A DNA stretch of 64,000 bases from a bacterium (GTDB taxonomy: Bacteria > UBA10199 > 2-02-FULL-44-16 > JAAZCA01): assembly GCA_963674695.2 (NCBI GenBank), contig CAXXGI010000001.1:736001-800000 (forward strand), in the 5' to 3' direction. This document shows, piece by piece, positions 1-9,895 of the stretch; positions within the stretch are counted from its first letter, which is position 1, and every line of letters starts with the position of its first letter. The position numbers and the translations under genes were made by a program. Below the pieces are notes generated by a model. That model made no database searches. It had not been told where the DNA came from and saw only the letters and a list, made by a program, of their open reading frames with translations.

Positions 1-2
1 GG

Positions 3-572
3 AAAATATCTGACCAGATTGCAAAGAGAGCCGACAAAAGGGCGGATAAAGCTTTACGAGTTTCCGTTGTTACACTAATTCTTTTTTTTATTTCAGTTAT
101 TGTGTCGGCCATTGTTGGTATTAGCCAGTGCACAATTCAAGAGCGTCAGCCTAAAGAAACGGTCCAACAACAGCAAATCCTTGAAAGAGAAAAGGTAATA
201 AGGCAACTCATTCCCGACATTATGAGCATTTCAGAATGTTTGTGCGATATGAGACGGGGTATAGAAATAGCTAGTTGGCCGTGCTTGTCTTTAATGAGTA
301 AACAAGACATTGCTGAAACAGTAGCTAATTTACGTGATAGAAACTATTCATTGGAAGTTAATGGATATTATCAGCAGTTGGCAAATATAAATTCTCAATA
401 TATTGCAAAGCCAAATAATCCAAAAGATATTTTAACAGATATCCATAATATGTCTTGTGATATATTGGAAAAATTGTGGAAAACAGAACCCGTTCAACTG
501 GCAATGACAACGGTTAATCCTGAAGAGCGATTTCAAAATATAATCCAGTGTCGAAATGAGCTGTTGAAATAG
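3..572 (+). CDS. Hypothetical membrane-anchored protein (5' truncated by window edge)
   Basis: Frame is open from position 3 (KISDQIAKRADKRADKALRVSVVTLILFFISVIVSAIVG...), with one hydrophobic helix. Confidence 0.6.
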   Translation, partial: KISDQIAKRADKRADKALRVSVVTLILFFISVIVSAIVGISQCTIQERQPKETVQQQQILEREKVIRQLIPDIMSISECLCDMRRGIEIASWPCLSLMSKQDIAETVANLRDRNYSLEVNGYYQQLANINSQYIAKPNNPKDILTDIHNMSCDILEKLWKTEPVQLAMTTVNPEERFQNIIQCRNELLK

Positions 573-597
573 AGGTTATCTAGCAGCTTAAGTAGTA

Positions 598-810
598 TTA
601 AATCAACCTTTTGTGTTTTCTTCGAGATAGCCTTGCCAAATTCAGAAAGCAGTTCATTGATTTTTTTTCAACTTCAGGGGATTTCTGGAGACCAATTTTT
701 TGTTTCCATTTCCGAAGCAGTTCTATCGACTCCCATGCGGATTCTGAATTGGGTTGTTGGCGAAGGGTTCTTTTAACTTTTTTGATTTCTCCGATAGCCA
801 AATTTACCAT
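598..810 (-). CDS. Small hypothetical protein
   Basis: 70-aa ORF with a GGAGGT RBS upstream of the ATG. Confidence 0.5.
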   Translation of the reverse strand: MVNLAIGEIKKVKRTLRQQPNSESAWESIELLRKWKQKIGLQKSPEVEKKSMNCFLNLARLSRRKHKRLI

Positions 811-874
811 TCTCTACCTCCATGGCTTGCTCTTCCATAAATTGCCCAACGGCAAGACGAATTAGAGCATATCA

Positions 875-1420
875 CTATGAGTCAGCACTTAAAGGAATCT
901 CAATTGTGTAAACGAACGATTCTTTATGATGTCGGATTCTACTTTTGCTTATATTTGAAACAAATTGAAGCACTAGCTTCTGATTTGTTTGTTCATCTCG
1001 ACCATGCAGACCGAGCTTGTTTTGGAATGATGTTTCCAGATGCAGTTTTAACAAATAGAGGTCGTGAGGACCAATAGTAGCCTTCCATCGTAAGTTTGTA
1101 TTATCTTCAGCATTCATTAATCGAAAATCCCTATTTGATTCCGATATGAATCGCATGTGGTCCCACTCCCATCTTTGTTTTTCTTTTCCGTTTATGAACC
1201 ACGTTAGTACAAAATTATGAATGGTGGCGGAAGAATTATTTGGATTCTGAATCTTGATTGCATTTCCTGCATTGAGTCTCGCAATACTTGTTGGATAATC
1301 AATTTTCAATGGCTTGACCGAAAGCCGCTCTTTTAATAGAGGTGCAAAAAAACCGCCCGCAGCACCAGAAGCAAGTGCCCCTAAAAACACTGTTAATAAT
1401 TCCACTTGAATCGCCTCCAA
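875..1420 (-). CDS. Hypothetical protein with N-terminal transmembrane helix
   Basis: 181-aa ORF with hydrophobic N-terminus LLTVFLGALASGAAGGFFA. Confidence 0.6.
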   Translation of the reverse strand: MEAIQVELLTVFLGALASGAAGGFFAPLLKERLSVKPLKIDYPTSIARLNAGNAIKIQNPNNSSATIHNFVLTWFINGKEKQRWEWDHMRFISESNRDFRLMNAEDNTNLRWKATIGPHDLYLLKLHLETSFQNKLGLHGRDEQTNQKLVLQFVSNISKSRIRHHKESFVYTIEIPLSADS

Positions 1421-1474
1421 GGTTCTAGGATGCTTTACCTTTTTAATGTTTATGAGAAGTTATCTAAACCTAGG

Positions 1475-1678
1475 TTACGATGTCAGCTTATGCAACGGTA
1501 TCCCTAGAGTCTCAGCCAATTTTTCAAGAGTTCTGATAGTCGGTGATTTCTTGCCGCTCTCTATCTCCGATAAATATCCTTTAGAAATATCCGCCTCATA
1601 GGCCAGACGTTCCTGTGTATATCCCTTTTCTTGGCGAATTTTAACAATGTTTCTGCGGACTTTGGTTGTAGCATCCAT
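1475..1678 (-). CDS. XRE-family HTH regulator (C-protein-like)
   Basis: IRQEKGYTQERLAYEADISKGYLSEIESGKKSPTIRTLEKLA is a typical HTH_3 pattern. Confidence 0.9.
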   Translation of the reverse strand: MDATTKVRRNIVKIRQEKGYTQERLAYEADISKGYLSEIESGKKSPTIRTLEKLAETLGIPLHKLTS

Positions 1679-1698
1679 AATTGGATATTACAATATCA

Positions 1699-1734
1699 AT
1701 GTTCTCTATAGCAGTAGTTCTCTATGGAGAACAT
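1699..1734. promoter_or_regulatory. Putative operator upstream of XRE gene 1475-1678
   Basis: GTTCTCTAT direct repeat at 1701 and 1717, plus an ATGTTCTC/GAGAACAT inverted pair, between divergent genes. Confidence 0.5.
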
Positions 1735-1769
1735 TTTAGGGATATGTTATAATCATCCTTTGGTGGGTT

Positions 1770-2024
1770 ATGAGAAAGGTTTATATTATAAGGGAAACCA
1801 AGAAGGTTAGTGACATCCTCGATAACACATATAACGAGGTGCTCGCAGCTTTACGGTATCGGAATCCCAAGGCGCAACGTTTAACCGACGATGATGAAAT
1901 GTCACAATTGCATGACATGCTAGCTTTGCTCCGGCTGGGTCATATCAAGGTTAGTTATGCAGAGGATGATGACGGTCGATTCATGTTCTTTGAAATAAAA
2001 ATGGATGCACCTACTTCTTCCTGA
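1770..2024 (+). CDS. Hypothetical protein
   Basis: 84-aa ORF lying between two XRE genes. Confidence 0.55.
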   Translation: MRKVYIIRETKKVSDILDNTYNEVLAALRYRNPKAQRLTDDDEMSQLHDMLALLRLGHIKVSYAEDDDGRFMFFEIKMDAPTSS

Positions 2025-2241
2025 TGGGTTGGAAGAACGCTAAGGGATGGACTTTGAGGACATCACTAATCCTAGATAATGTGCGAAGAGTTAGATTTGC
2101 TTTCTTGGATTCCACACGCTGATAAAATTTGTAATTAAATCCAGCTTTATCAGATAATTGCTCTTGAGTTAGCCCAGCACGTTCACGACACCTCTTGATA
2201 TTCTTTCCTACTAAACTTGTGAACTGTTCATAATTCATCAA
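2011..2241 (-). CDS. XRE-family HTH regulator (C-protein-like)
   Basis: VGKNIKRCRERAGLTQEQLSDKAGFNYKFYQRVESKKANLTLRTL is an HTH_3 pattern. Confidence 0.88.
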   Translation of the reverse strand: MMNYEQFTSLVGKNIKRCRERAGLTQEQLSDKAGFNYKFYQRVESKKANLTLRTLSRISDVLKVHPLAFFQPIRKK

Positions 2242-2260
2242 TGATAATATACACTTATAA

Positions 2261-2301
2261 GTAGGTGCTAACCACCTACGTGTAGGTAGGTGCTCGACCT
2301 A
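2261..2301. promoter_or_regulatory. Paired palindromic operators upstream of XRE gene 2011-2241
   Basis: GTAGGTG-N5-CACCTAC (2261-2279) and TAGGT-N5-ACCTA (2287-2301). Confidence 0.55.
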
Positions 2302-2375
2302 GACGGACAGCTTGAAAAGTAGTATCATATTAGGAAGATAGGGCTTTATAAATCCTATTTAATCACTAGGGGGAG

Positions 2376-4343
2376 GTGTTTGTCATGGCGAGAAGACTTT
2401 TGTGGGTGATTCCAATGTTGTTGCTTTGCTTTACGTATATGGGATGCGGAAGTTCTGGAACCGAGGATGGCAGCGGTGGTGATAATGACGGAGAGGTTAC
2501 TGAGCTTGATGAAGGCGGTAGCGGCGAATCCGGCACGGTTGGCACTTCTGGATATGTGATTCCCACAATGCCTTCGGGCACTGCGATAAAGAGCCTCGTG
2601 ACGGCGGCAAATTCTAATGGCGTGAGGGCGAGCATATCCTTTGGCTCGGTTACACTGCCGGAGGCGTTAGTCGAGGCCACAAGTTCAGTTAGCAGTACGG
2701 AAGTCCAAGAACCGGATGTGTCATATTCAGTAAGTGACCTTCCCTATTATCTTGAGTTCGATGCGGATTCCAGAACCATATCACGGGTGGCGGATTATTC
2801 GGCAACGCCACAGGGCGAGGCCAGAAGAAACATCGACATAACCTATCGTTGCGACAATGGTGACGAGTACAGCTACGTTGAAGTTAGGCTCAACGATATA
2901 GACAATGACCTGATGAACGATTCCGACGAGTATGAGCGCAGTGCTGTGCCTTTGATGAACCGCTCTTTTGGGTGGATATGGCTGAGTGCAGAAAATGCCG
3001 CTATCTACCGCCTATCCGCCACGGACACTGCAACCATTGCAACCGGTTTATTGTCTATCCCAATCACCACCGGCTTTAATCTGGCCGATTCCGGCGATGC
3101 TCTATCTGACTTCGACAGTGATGGTGTTACTAACCAAGATGAATTAACAACAGGCAAAAATCCTTTTGTTTATACCGGAAGCGGAATTTTCGAAGCACAA
3201 TCCAACTACAGTGCAGATTCAAACATCTGGTTCGGAATGTCGGCGGCGGATTTCGATGGAGACGGCGACGGTGATATTGTTGCCGTATCTCACGGCGAAA
3301 ACAATGTCTATTACTACGAGGGCAATGGAGACGGGACATTCAAAAACTCGATTTCCTACACGACAGGGACAAGCCCCCAGGTTGTTGCCGTGGCAGACTT
3401 CGATAATGATGGTTACGAAGACATGGCGGTGACAAGTTTCCATGACGAAGAGGTCAACGTATTCATAAATGACGGAGACGGAACGTTCGCAGACAAAGCC
3501 GATTACAACTGTGGCGAAGATGATAGTCAGGCAAGGTCCGTAACTGCCGCTGATTTCAACGGCGATAAATATCCAGACCTTGTGGTTACACACTCGAACG
3601 CCTGTTACTTATCAGTTCTCCTGAATGACGGCGATGGAACATTCGGAGCAAGGTCTGATTACACGACCTGCACAAGTCATTCGGGTAATGCGCTGGAAGG
3701 TGTGATTGCCCTGGATGTTGATGGTGACTTGGACCTCGACATAGCAGTTATCTCGGCCACAGTTAAAATCCTCAAGAATGATGGGAGCGGTGTTTTTGGA
3801 GAAGCTGCGACTTACGGCGGCGGAGGCTTTGGCCTGGTTGCTTACGATGCAGATGACGACGGCGACCTGGACATAGTTTATTCGGGTTCGGGCACAAGTC
3901 TTGGCATACTCTTCAACGACGGCACTGGCGTTTATGGTATGCCGACGCATGAGGTCTATCTTGTTGATGAAGATGGCAATGACGTGCTCGACGACAACGG
4001 CGACCCGATAACCGTTGAGGCGAATATCACTTACACGGTCCCATCGTCGCCGAGGGGCAAGGTCATAGCCATGGATGCCAACGGAGATGGTTTCATCGAC
4101 ATAGCAACGGCGAACTATGAATCAAATAGCGTTTCGATATTGTTCGGCCAAGTGGCTTCAAATGGGGATATTCTGGGCAATCTTACAAGCTATAGTCTTA
4201 CGTCAGATGCATGGAATTATCATCCGGCTTGCCTAGTGGCGTTTGATGCTGACGGGGATGGCGATATAGATTTGGCAACTGGCAGCGATGAAACAAGTGA
4301 GGGTTCGGGTGCGCTCACGGTATTGCTCAACCAAAGTCACTGA
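2376..4343 (+). CDS. FG-GAP/VCBS-repeat lipoprotein (putative Ca-binding beta-propeller adhesin)
   Basis: Signal peptide with MGC lipobox-like Cys, then repeated D(F/A)DGDGDxDI/L motifs followed by NDGDGTF. Confidence 0.85.
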   Translation: MFVMARRLLWVIPMLLLCFTYMGCGSSGTEDGSGGDNDGEVTELDEGGSGESGTVGTSGYVIPTMPSGTAIKSLVTAANSNGVRASISFGSVTLPEALVEATSSVSSTEVQEPDVSYSVSDLPYYLEFDADSRTISRVADYSATPQGEARRNIDITYRCDNGDEYSYVEVRLNDIDNDLMNDSDEYERSAVPLMNRSFGWIWLSAENAAIYRLSATDTATIATGLLSIPITTGFNLADSGDALSDFDSDGVTNQDELTTGKNPFVYTGSGIFEAQSNYSADSNIWFGMSAADFDGDGDGDIVAVSHGENNVYYYEGNGDGTFKNSISYTTGTSPQVVAVADFDNDGYEDMAVTSFHDEEVNVFINDGDGTFADKADYNCGEDDSQARSVTAADFNGDKYPDLVVTHSNACYLSVLLNDGDGTFGARSDYTTCTSHSGNALEGVIALDVDGDLDLDIAVISATVKILKNDGSGVFGEAATYGGGGFGLVAYDADDDGDLDIVYSGSGTSLGILFNDGTGVYGMPTHEVYLVDEDGNDVLDDNGDPITVEANITYTVPSSPRGKVIAMDANGDGFIDIATANYESNSVSILFGQVASNGDILGNLTSYSLTSDAWNYHPACLVAFDADGDGDIDLATGSDETSEGSGALTVLLNQSH

Positions 4344-4357
4344 ATGAGGGGGACACA

Positions 4358-4711
4358 ATGAAAAAAGGTCATAGGAGAAAATTATTATTCATTTTGTCGT
4401 ACATTGTAATTGGGTTCTTTGCTTTTGGTATTACAGAAGTCAAAGCGCAATCCGCAATAGACATGATGGCAACTCTTTTTCAAGGGAACTATTCAACATC
4501 TCAAATAAAATCGAGGATGGACTCAGTGATGACACGTTATGGGCTTGCCTTGACGGAAGAAAATTACAACCGGGCCGGTAGTGCACTTGTCAGCATGCAG
4601 GATAGATATGGTGTCGCCGAAATGGATATTCTCAGTTGCATGAAAACTATTCGCAAGTCGGGAATGACATTTCCTACAGCCGCAGCGGTTTGCACTCAGA
4701 AGTTAGAATAA
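4358..4711 (+). CDS. Secreted hypothetical protein
   Basis: Signal peptide ending VKA; GAGGGG RBS. Confidence 0.65.
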   Translation: MKKGHRRKLLFILSYIVIGFFAFGITEVKAQSAIDMMATLFQGNYSTSQIKSRMDSVMTRYGLALTEENYNRAGSALVSMQDRYGVAEMDILSCMKTIRKSGMTFPTAAAVCTQKLE

Positions 4712-4767
4712 ATGATAGCCATAAGTTCAAGTGAGGTAATATTTGACTAACTGCATAGGGGAAGGGG

Positions 4768-5355
4768 ATGAAAAAATGCCCTTATTGTGCCGAGGAAATA
4801 CAAGATGAGGCAATAAAGTGTCGGTATTGCGGTGAGATGATTAAAAAAGAGCCGGTGGTGATACCAGTTTCACCAACAACCAAATACAAACTATCAAGAC
4901 CGGGGGAAAAGAAAACTTACGAGGCCGACCTTGATACGTTGCGCAAGTGGGATGAAGAAAATAGAATAATGTCGAGTGATAAAATATTCGACCCCGTTTC
5001 CAATCATTGGGTCGTAGCAAGCGACTTTGTGAAATCAGCGGTATTGCTTCAACAAAAGGTGGGGGATAAATACAGATTGACGCTAAAAAAGACTAAAGGA
5101 GGGTTCATTGGTTTTGTACTGATAGTAATCGGTATAATTGGTTTGATAGTAGCCACAGGCATGGCCTTTACTGTCATCGGAATCCCTATAGCCATAATAG
5201 TGGGATTAGGGGCATTAACTATCATGGCGGGCGGCACAGGCGGCAGGTTGTTTAAATGTCCCTATTGCAGTAAGAGAATTTACGCTGCCAATGGTAAGGA
5301 GAATGTAACCTGTCCCAAGTGCAAAAATTTAACCATTATTGATTGGGTAGCCTAA
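4768..5355 (+). CDS. Zinc-ribbon membrane protein
   Basis: N-terminal [14 protein letters not shown], two TM helices, C-terminal CPYC/CPKC. Confidence 0.8.
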   Translation: MKKCPYCAEEIQDEAIKCRYCGEMIKKEPVVIPVSPTTKYKLSRPGEKKTYEADLDTLRKWDEENRIMSSDKIFDPVSNHWVVASDFVKSAVLLQQKVGDKYRLTLKKTKGGFIGFVLIVIGIIGLIVATGMAFTVIGIPIAIIVGLGALTIMAGGTGGRLFKCPYCSKRIYAANGKENVTCPKCKNLTIIDWVA

Positions 5356-5370
5356 TAAGAGGAGGGTAGT

Positions 5371-6279
5371 ATGAATGAAACACCACCGCAAGCACCGGAA
5401 CAAAAAGATAATACAAAAAAACGAAATATCAGTCTTATACTTAGTTGGATGTTTGGGTCTATTTTTCTGCTCGCTGGCATAGGTTCACTTGCTTCTCATG
5501 ATTTCTTACAGGCTATAATAACCCTTATACTGTCTGGTATCTTGCTGCCACCTCTATGCAACTTTATAGAGAAGAAATCGAAGTTACGGCTTTCCCGTGG
5601 AGTTAAGGCAATAATATTGATTATCGGTTTAGGAATTGTTGCGGTTACTGTTAATACTGAAGAAGGCAAAGAAAAGGCAAAGCAAAAAGAACAAATAGTT
5701 ACAAAAGAAACAATTGATAAAAGTCCCATAAATGAAGCTTCTCAACCTCCCAGTGAAGGTCAAGTGATAGTAGAATTTAATAAAGATACTGGTGAATCAA
5801 AAGTCGTGGCTAAGGCCCCTGTTGAATCGAAGGAACTCCAGAAACTTAGCTTTAGCCGCTCACAGATTGTTAATAAAATGAGTGCGGCAGAAAAAGAATT
5901 AGATAATCCCCCTCTGCCAAAAGGTAAAGAATACGCATCACAAGATGGAACTAAAAATTTTCAAATAGTATATCCAGATGACTTAACTATACTGGAGATA
6001 GCAGGAAACCCAGACAACGTAGAGAGTGTGTCCTTTTCTGTGGGTATTCCTGCCGACAATCCTGTGCAAGCTGTTACACAAGTAGGTAGAACAATGGTTT
6101 TACTCCAACTAATAACACCTTCTCTTGGAAAGTCAGCAGACTGGTTGCAAAGTAGAATTGATATGTTGAACGAAGGAAAGAAGAAAATTGAAGAGACACA
6201 TGACAATATTAGAGTTAGAATTTCAGATTACAGAGCTACGATAGGTTTTATAATATTTAGTTTTGAGGTGGCCAAATAA
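5371..6279 (+). CDS. Hypothetical membrane protein (3 N-terminal TM helices plus soluble domain)
   Basis: Three hydrophobic segments; GGAGG RBS. Confidence 0.7.
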   Translation: MNETPPQAPEQKDNTKKRNISLILSWMFGSIFLLAGIGSLASHDFLQAIITLILSGILLPPLCNFIEKKSKLRLSRGVKAIILIIGLGIVAVTVNTEEGKEKAKQKEQIVTKETIDKSPINEASQPPSEGQVIVEFNKDTGESKVVAKAPVESKELQKLSFSRSQIVNKMSAAEKELDNPPLPKGKEYASQDGTKNFQIVYPDDLTILEIAGNPDNVESVSFSVGIPADNPVQAVTQVGRTMVLLQLITPSLGKSADWLQSRIDMLNEGKKKIEETHDNIRVRISDYRATIGFIIFSFEVAK

Positions 6280-6280
6280 A

Positions 6281-6808
6281 ATGAGAGATAGGAATTTGAT
6301 AAAAGTTATTTCTTTGCTTGTTGTTTTTACGCTTCCATCCGTTCTATATGCCAAAGAACCTTGTAAAACAGTAAAAGTCTTTAAGGTGATTGATGGCGAC
6401 ACAATTAAAATTTCATGCAAATCCGGCGATAAATACGTTGTTCGCCTGATAGGAATAGATACACCTGAAACTCATCATCCAAAAAAGCCAGTCCAATGTT
6501 ATGGTAAAGAGGCTGCCGACTACCTTAAAAAACGCATAGATAATAAATATGTACGTCTGAAGTATGAATCTCAAAAAGTTGACAAATATGGTCGCACTTT
6601 AGCCTATGTATACAGCGGCTTGAATTTCATAAATGCGACTATGATTAGGAAAGGGTACGCTTTTGCCTATAAGCGATTTCGATTTAAGTACCTCCAGAAG
6701 TTTACTCGATATGAAAGCGCGGCGCAAAAAAAGAAGAGAGGGTTATGGGGTAAGTGTGAGGTTGTATGTGAGGGAAATGTTTGTCACACAAATCCCATAA
6801 CAAAATGA
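6281..6808 (+). CDS. Thermonuclease (SNase) family secreted nuclease
   Basis: VIDGDT, VRLIGIDTPE, DKYGRTLAYVY and RGLWG motifs; signal peptide. ATG at 6281 follows the upstream stop. Confidence 0.92.
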   Translation: MRDRNLIKVISLLVVFTLPSVLYAKEPCKTVKVFKVIDGDTIKISCKSGDKYVVRLIGIDTPETHHPKKPVQCYGKEAADYLKKRIDNKYVRLKYESQKVDKYGRTLAYVYSGLNFINATMIRKGYAFAYKRFRFKYLQKFTRYESAAQKKKRGLWGKCEVVCEGNVCHTNPITK

Positions 6809-6820
6809 AAGGAGCGCGAT

Positions 6821-7165
6821 ATGAAAAAAATAATAGGGGTATTGATTGCAGTTGGCATATTATTCTCACTAGCAATAACATCAAATTTTGCATCAGCATG
6901 GGACAATTCCGAAATTGCACCTGTATATGAGAAACTTCGTAAAAGGTTCTCAGAGGGGCAACTAAAGCAAATATGGTATGAATCATGTTGGTGTGATGAC
7001 AAAGCCAGCAAAAAAGCAGCCTTTGGCACGCCTCAATGGGACAAATTATGGAATAATTGCGAACAAAAAGTCAGGGAAAAAGCCAAGTTGACTCAAGAAG
7101 AATTTGATTATGTTAAAATGTTTTTTCCTGTTTACAGGAAGTGGAAGCAGCCGTCTTTTAAATAA
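6821..7165 (+). CDS. Secreted hypothetical protein
   Basis: Signal peptide ending ASA; AAGGAG RBS. Confidence 0.65.
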   Translation: MKKIIGVLIAVGILFSLAITSNFASAWDNSEIAPVYEKLRKRFSEGQLKQIWYESCWCDDKASKKAAFGTPQWDKLWNNCEQKVREKAKLTQEEFDYVKMFFPVYRKWKQPSFK

Positions 7166-7321
7166 TTGATACAACCTAAAAAGTAGCGCCATCTTAATAG
7201 GAGCGCCATTGCTTTCATAGCCGTAACTTTATCCAATCATCAATAATAATTAAGGCTGCATTTATAAAATTCCTTGTCCATGGTCTTATTAGATGAGATA
7301 ATATTATTTTAGGAGGTCATT

Positions 7322-7858
7322 ATGGATAACGAGAGAATTGTTTTATTTAACCAGTTTAACGATGCTGATATCGGTGAATTTGTTCTTCCATATACAAAAT
7401 ACTTTTCTTTGCTCACATATTGGGGAGAAATTTGGGCTGATTTAACTAATAGATTATGCGCTTCATTTTGCAATGACTGCGATGCAAAAATACTGATTGC
7501 AGACCATCTCATTGAACTCATAAACGGTACTCTATTAGCCACGGAAGACTGGAACCTTGGAAAGAGTCTATTGAAACGCAATCGTTTTGACCTAAGACTC
7601 TTACTGGGAGACTCTAAGAGTAATGAACCCATAATAGACTTGCGACAATTAAAGAAGGTTTGTAAGGAACTATTATTGTGGCTAAGGCCTGATACCCAGA
7701 TTGTCGGGATGATAGTGCGGAATGAATCGTGCGAGCATCCGAACTGGAAACACTACAATAAACTCAAACCAAATAGAAATTGTCCAGTTGAAGACTCTTC
7801 ATCTACAGCTAAGGGACTCCCTATAAAAGAGTGTTCATCCAATGTTGTTAATCCTTAA
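7322..7858 (+). CDS. Hypothetical protein
   Basis: 178-aa ORF with strong AGGAGG RBS. Confidence 0.6.
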   Translation: MDNERIVLFNQFNDADIGEFVLPYTKYFSLLTYWGEIWADLTNRLCASFCNDCDAKILIADHLIELINGTLLATEDWNLGKSLLKRNRFDLRLLLGDSKSNEPIIDLRQLKKVCKELLLWLRPDTQIVGMIVRNESCEHPNWKHYNKLKPNRNCPVEDSSSTAKGLPIKECSSNVVNP

Positions 7859-8204
7859 GGATATAGCCCGTTAATACATTGAAATCAGGATTGTCAACCT
7901 TAGTGGGTTGATTTGAGGTTGTCATGTCAACCCACTTTCTCAACTAGTCTCAACTCTGCAAACTGCTCACAATCATTGAGTCAGAGGTCATTTATGTGGA
8001 GTCTTGGTGGGTTTACCAAAGGTTGTCATTCCAAACTATAAGGGGCTTACAAGAGTCTGCGTCAGTGCCGGCTCTCCTTTTGTGAAAAGGAGATTCGTCT
8101 AAATAAAAAGTATTATTCATTAAGGCATTCACCGATAAAGCTGTGTCCAAAAAACAAATCTATGTTGGACAGTGAAATCTGAATTTCCGATGGTTGATAT
8201 TACA

Positions 8205-8807
8205 TCACTTTTGGGGAGTATTTTTCTGGGGATTTTTGGACAGGAAGCTGGCAACGGTTGATTTTGAAATACCCAAGCGAGATGCGATTTCCCGTACTCC
8301 TAAGCCTTCACATTTGAGGTGTATGGCTTTTTCAAGGTTGAATTGAACATTTGGTCGGCCCAATTGCTTCCCTCTCGCCTTAGCGGCTTTTATACCAGCC
8401 TTGACACGCTCCACAATCAATGACCGTTCTAATTCGCCGATTGCGCCAACAATGGTAAATATCGCTTTTCCTAGCGGCGTAGATGTGTCGATATTTTCGC
8501 TAAAGCTGATGAATTCTATGCCCAGGTTTCGGAATTCATCGAGGGCAGAGAGAAGGTGCTTCGTGCTTCTTGCGAAGCGGTCAAATTTCCATACGCTGAC
8601 TATATCAAATTTACGCTTCTTTGCGTCGTCCATCAGTGCATTAAGGGCTGGACGTGAATCCTTTGCACCGCTAATCCCTTCATCAACGTATTCTCGATAT
8701 ACACTAAAACCTCTTGCTTCACAGTATTCCCGAAGTGCCTGCAACTGCATATCGGGCGATTGCTGACCGTTATTGGTGGATACCCGTGCATATATGGCAA
8801 CTTTCAT
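8205..8807 (-). CDS. Serine recombinase (resolvase family) with C-terminal HTH
   Basis: YARVS catalytic motif, ISGAKDSRP, DRFARS, ERSLIVERVKAGI; start MKVAIY follows a GAGGGG RBS. Confidence 0.95.
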   Translation of the reverse strand: MKVAIYARVSTNNGQQSPDMQLQALREYCEARGFSVYREYVDEGISGAKDSRPALNALMDDAKKRKFDIVSVWKFDRFARSTKHLLSALDEFRNLGIEFISFSENIDTSTPLGKAIFTIVGAIGELERSLIVERVKAGIKAAKARGKQLGRPNVQFNLEKAIHLKCEGLGVREIASRLGISKSTVASFLSKNPQKNTPQK

Positions 8808-8838
8808 AAAACCCCCTCTCTTTTTTATTGTTGACTTA

Positions 8839-8902
8839 TGTAACATATATGTTACACTTTATCACACACGATGTCAATGGAATATGTAACCTATATGTTA
8901 CA
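8839..8902. promoter_or_regulatory. Two 18-bp palindromes (operator or res subsites) between divergent resolvase and HTH genes
   Basis: TGTAACATATATGTTACA (8839-8856, perfect) and TGTAACCTATATGTTACA (8885-8902). TTGAC -35-like boxes lie on both strands. Confidence 0.7.
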
Positions 8903-8919
8903 TTATTAGAGGGGGAATT

Positions 8920-9156
8920 ATGATTCAGTTACTATTTGGTAAATTGTTTCGAGAATTGAAAGAGAAACATGGGTGGGGGATTTCTGAAATATCTAAAAAA
9001 ACAGGGATTGATAGAATGACATTATATCGCTTAAAAAATGCTAAAAATCCTAATTCTAAACCTCCTAATGGTTTTAATGCCACTCTCAAGTTAGTTGACC
9101 GCATTTGCACAGGTCTTGGCGTCGGATTGAATAAAGTCGTAAAATATAAAAAATAA
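8920..9156 (+). CDS. XRE/Cro-like HTH regulator
   Basis: GISEISKKTGIDRMTLYRL...TLKLVDRICTGL. Confidence 0.8.
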   Translation: MIQLLFGKLFRELKEKHGWGISEISKKTGIDRMTLYRLKNAKNPNSKPPNGFNATLKLVDRICTGLGVGLNKVVKYKK

Positions 9157-9472
9157 TATTTTAAAATTAGTGTAGGGGCCATTTCGATTGCCCCATAAAA
9201 TATACAATAATATCAGATAGTTCTGCTTGTTTGCCCTCTCATTTCGACGGTGTGTCAAATCTAGTCGAGTACTTCAAAAAAAAATTCCCAAATTAGTACT
9301 GAACTCGCTCGTGGGGGGGCTCTGCGTAACCACTTGAAAAATCGGTGAAAATTAAAAAGCTGTTTTTATAGAAGTCTATAAAGTTCAATAAAATCATATA
9401 GATATGCGATTTTTTCCGTTGATGTATCCAAATCGAAATCGTAGAAGCACTAAAGTTGTTCAATGACAGTGA

Positions 9473-9895
9473 ATGACTGAACTGGGTGTTTATGCTGATA
9501 CGGCGGATAATCATCTTTCGCCATCGGCAAGGAGTGCTGGCATGGGATGCGATAAAAATATTTCAGAAATTTCGATTCGCCTCGTTAAACCTACTTCTAG
9601 TCTCGTTGGATTCGCTTCGCTCGTCTATGACAAAGCAATCTTCTTGGGAAACATCGCCATCCATAAAAGGCCTGAAGATGGTTACCGCTTAACATATCCA
9701 TCTCAGACATCCCTGGGAGATAGAAAATTCCAGTCGTTCTATCCAATCAATAAACATGTGGGCGAGTTTTTTACTCACGCAGTGGTTGCGGAGCTTGAAA
9801 GGCTCACCGAAAAACTAAACTCAACAGAAGGAGTGCTGAACTATGCGAACACCCTTGGGTATAATAATGGGTGCGGAGAAGACTCGCACCCATAA
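9473..9895 (+). CDS. SpoVG-like nucleic-acid-binding protein (start uncertain)
   Basis: ISEISIRL..LVGFASLVYD..FLGNIAIH..YRLTYPS..FYPINK matches the SpoVG family pattern. Confidence 0.7.
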   Translation: MTELGVYADTADNHLSPSARSAGMGCDKNISEISIRLVKPTSSLVGFASLVYDKAIFLGNIAIHKRPEDGYRLTYPSQTSLGDRKFQSFYPINKHVGEFFTHAVVAELERLTEKLNSTEGVLNYANTLGYNNGCGEDSHP

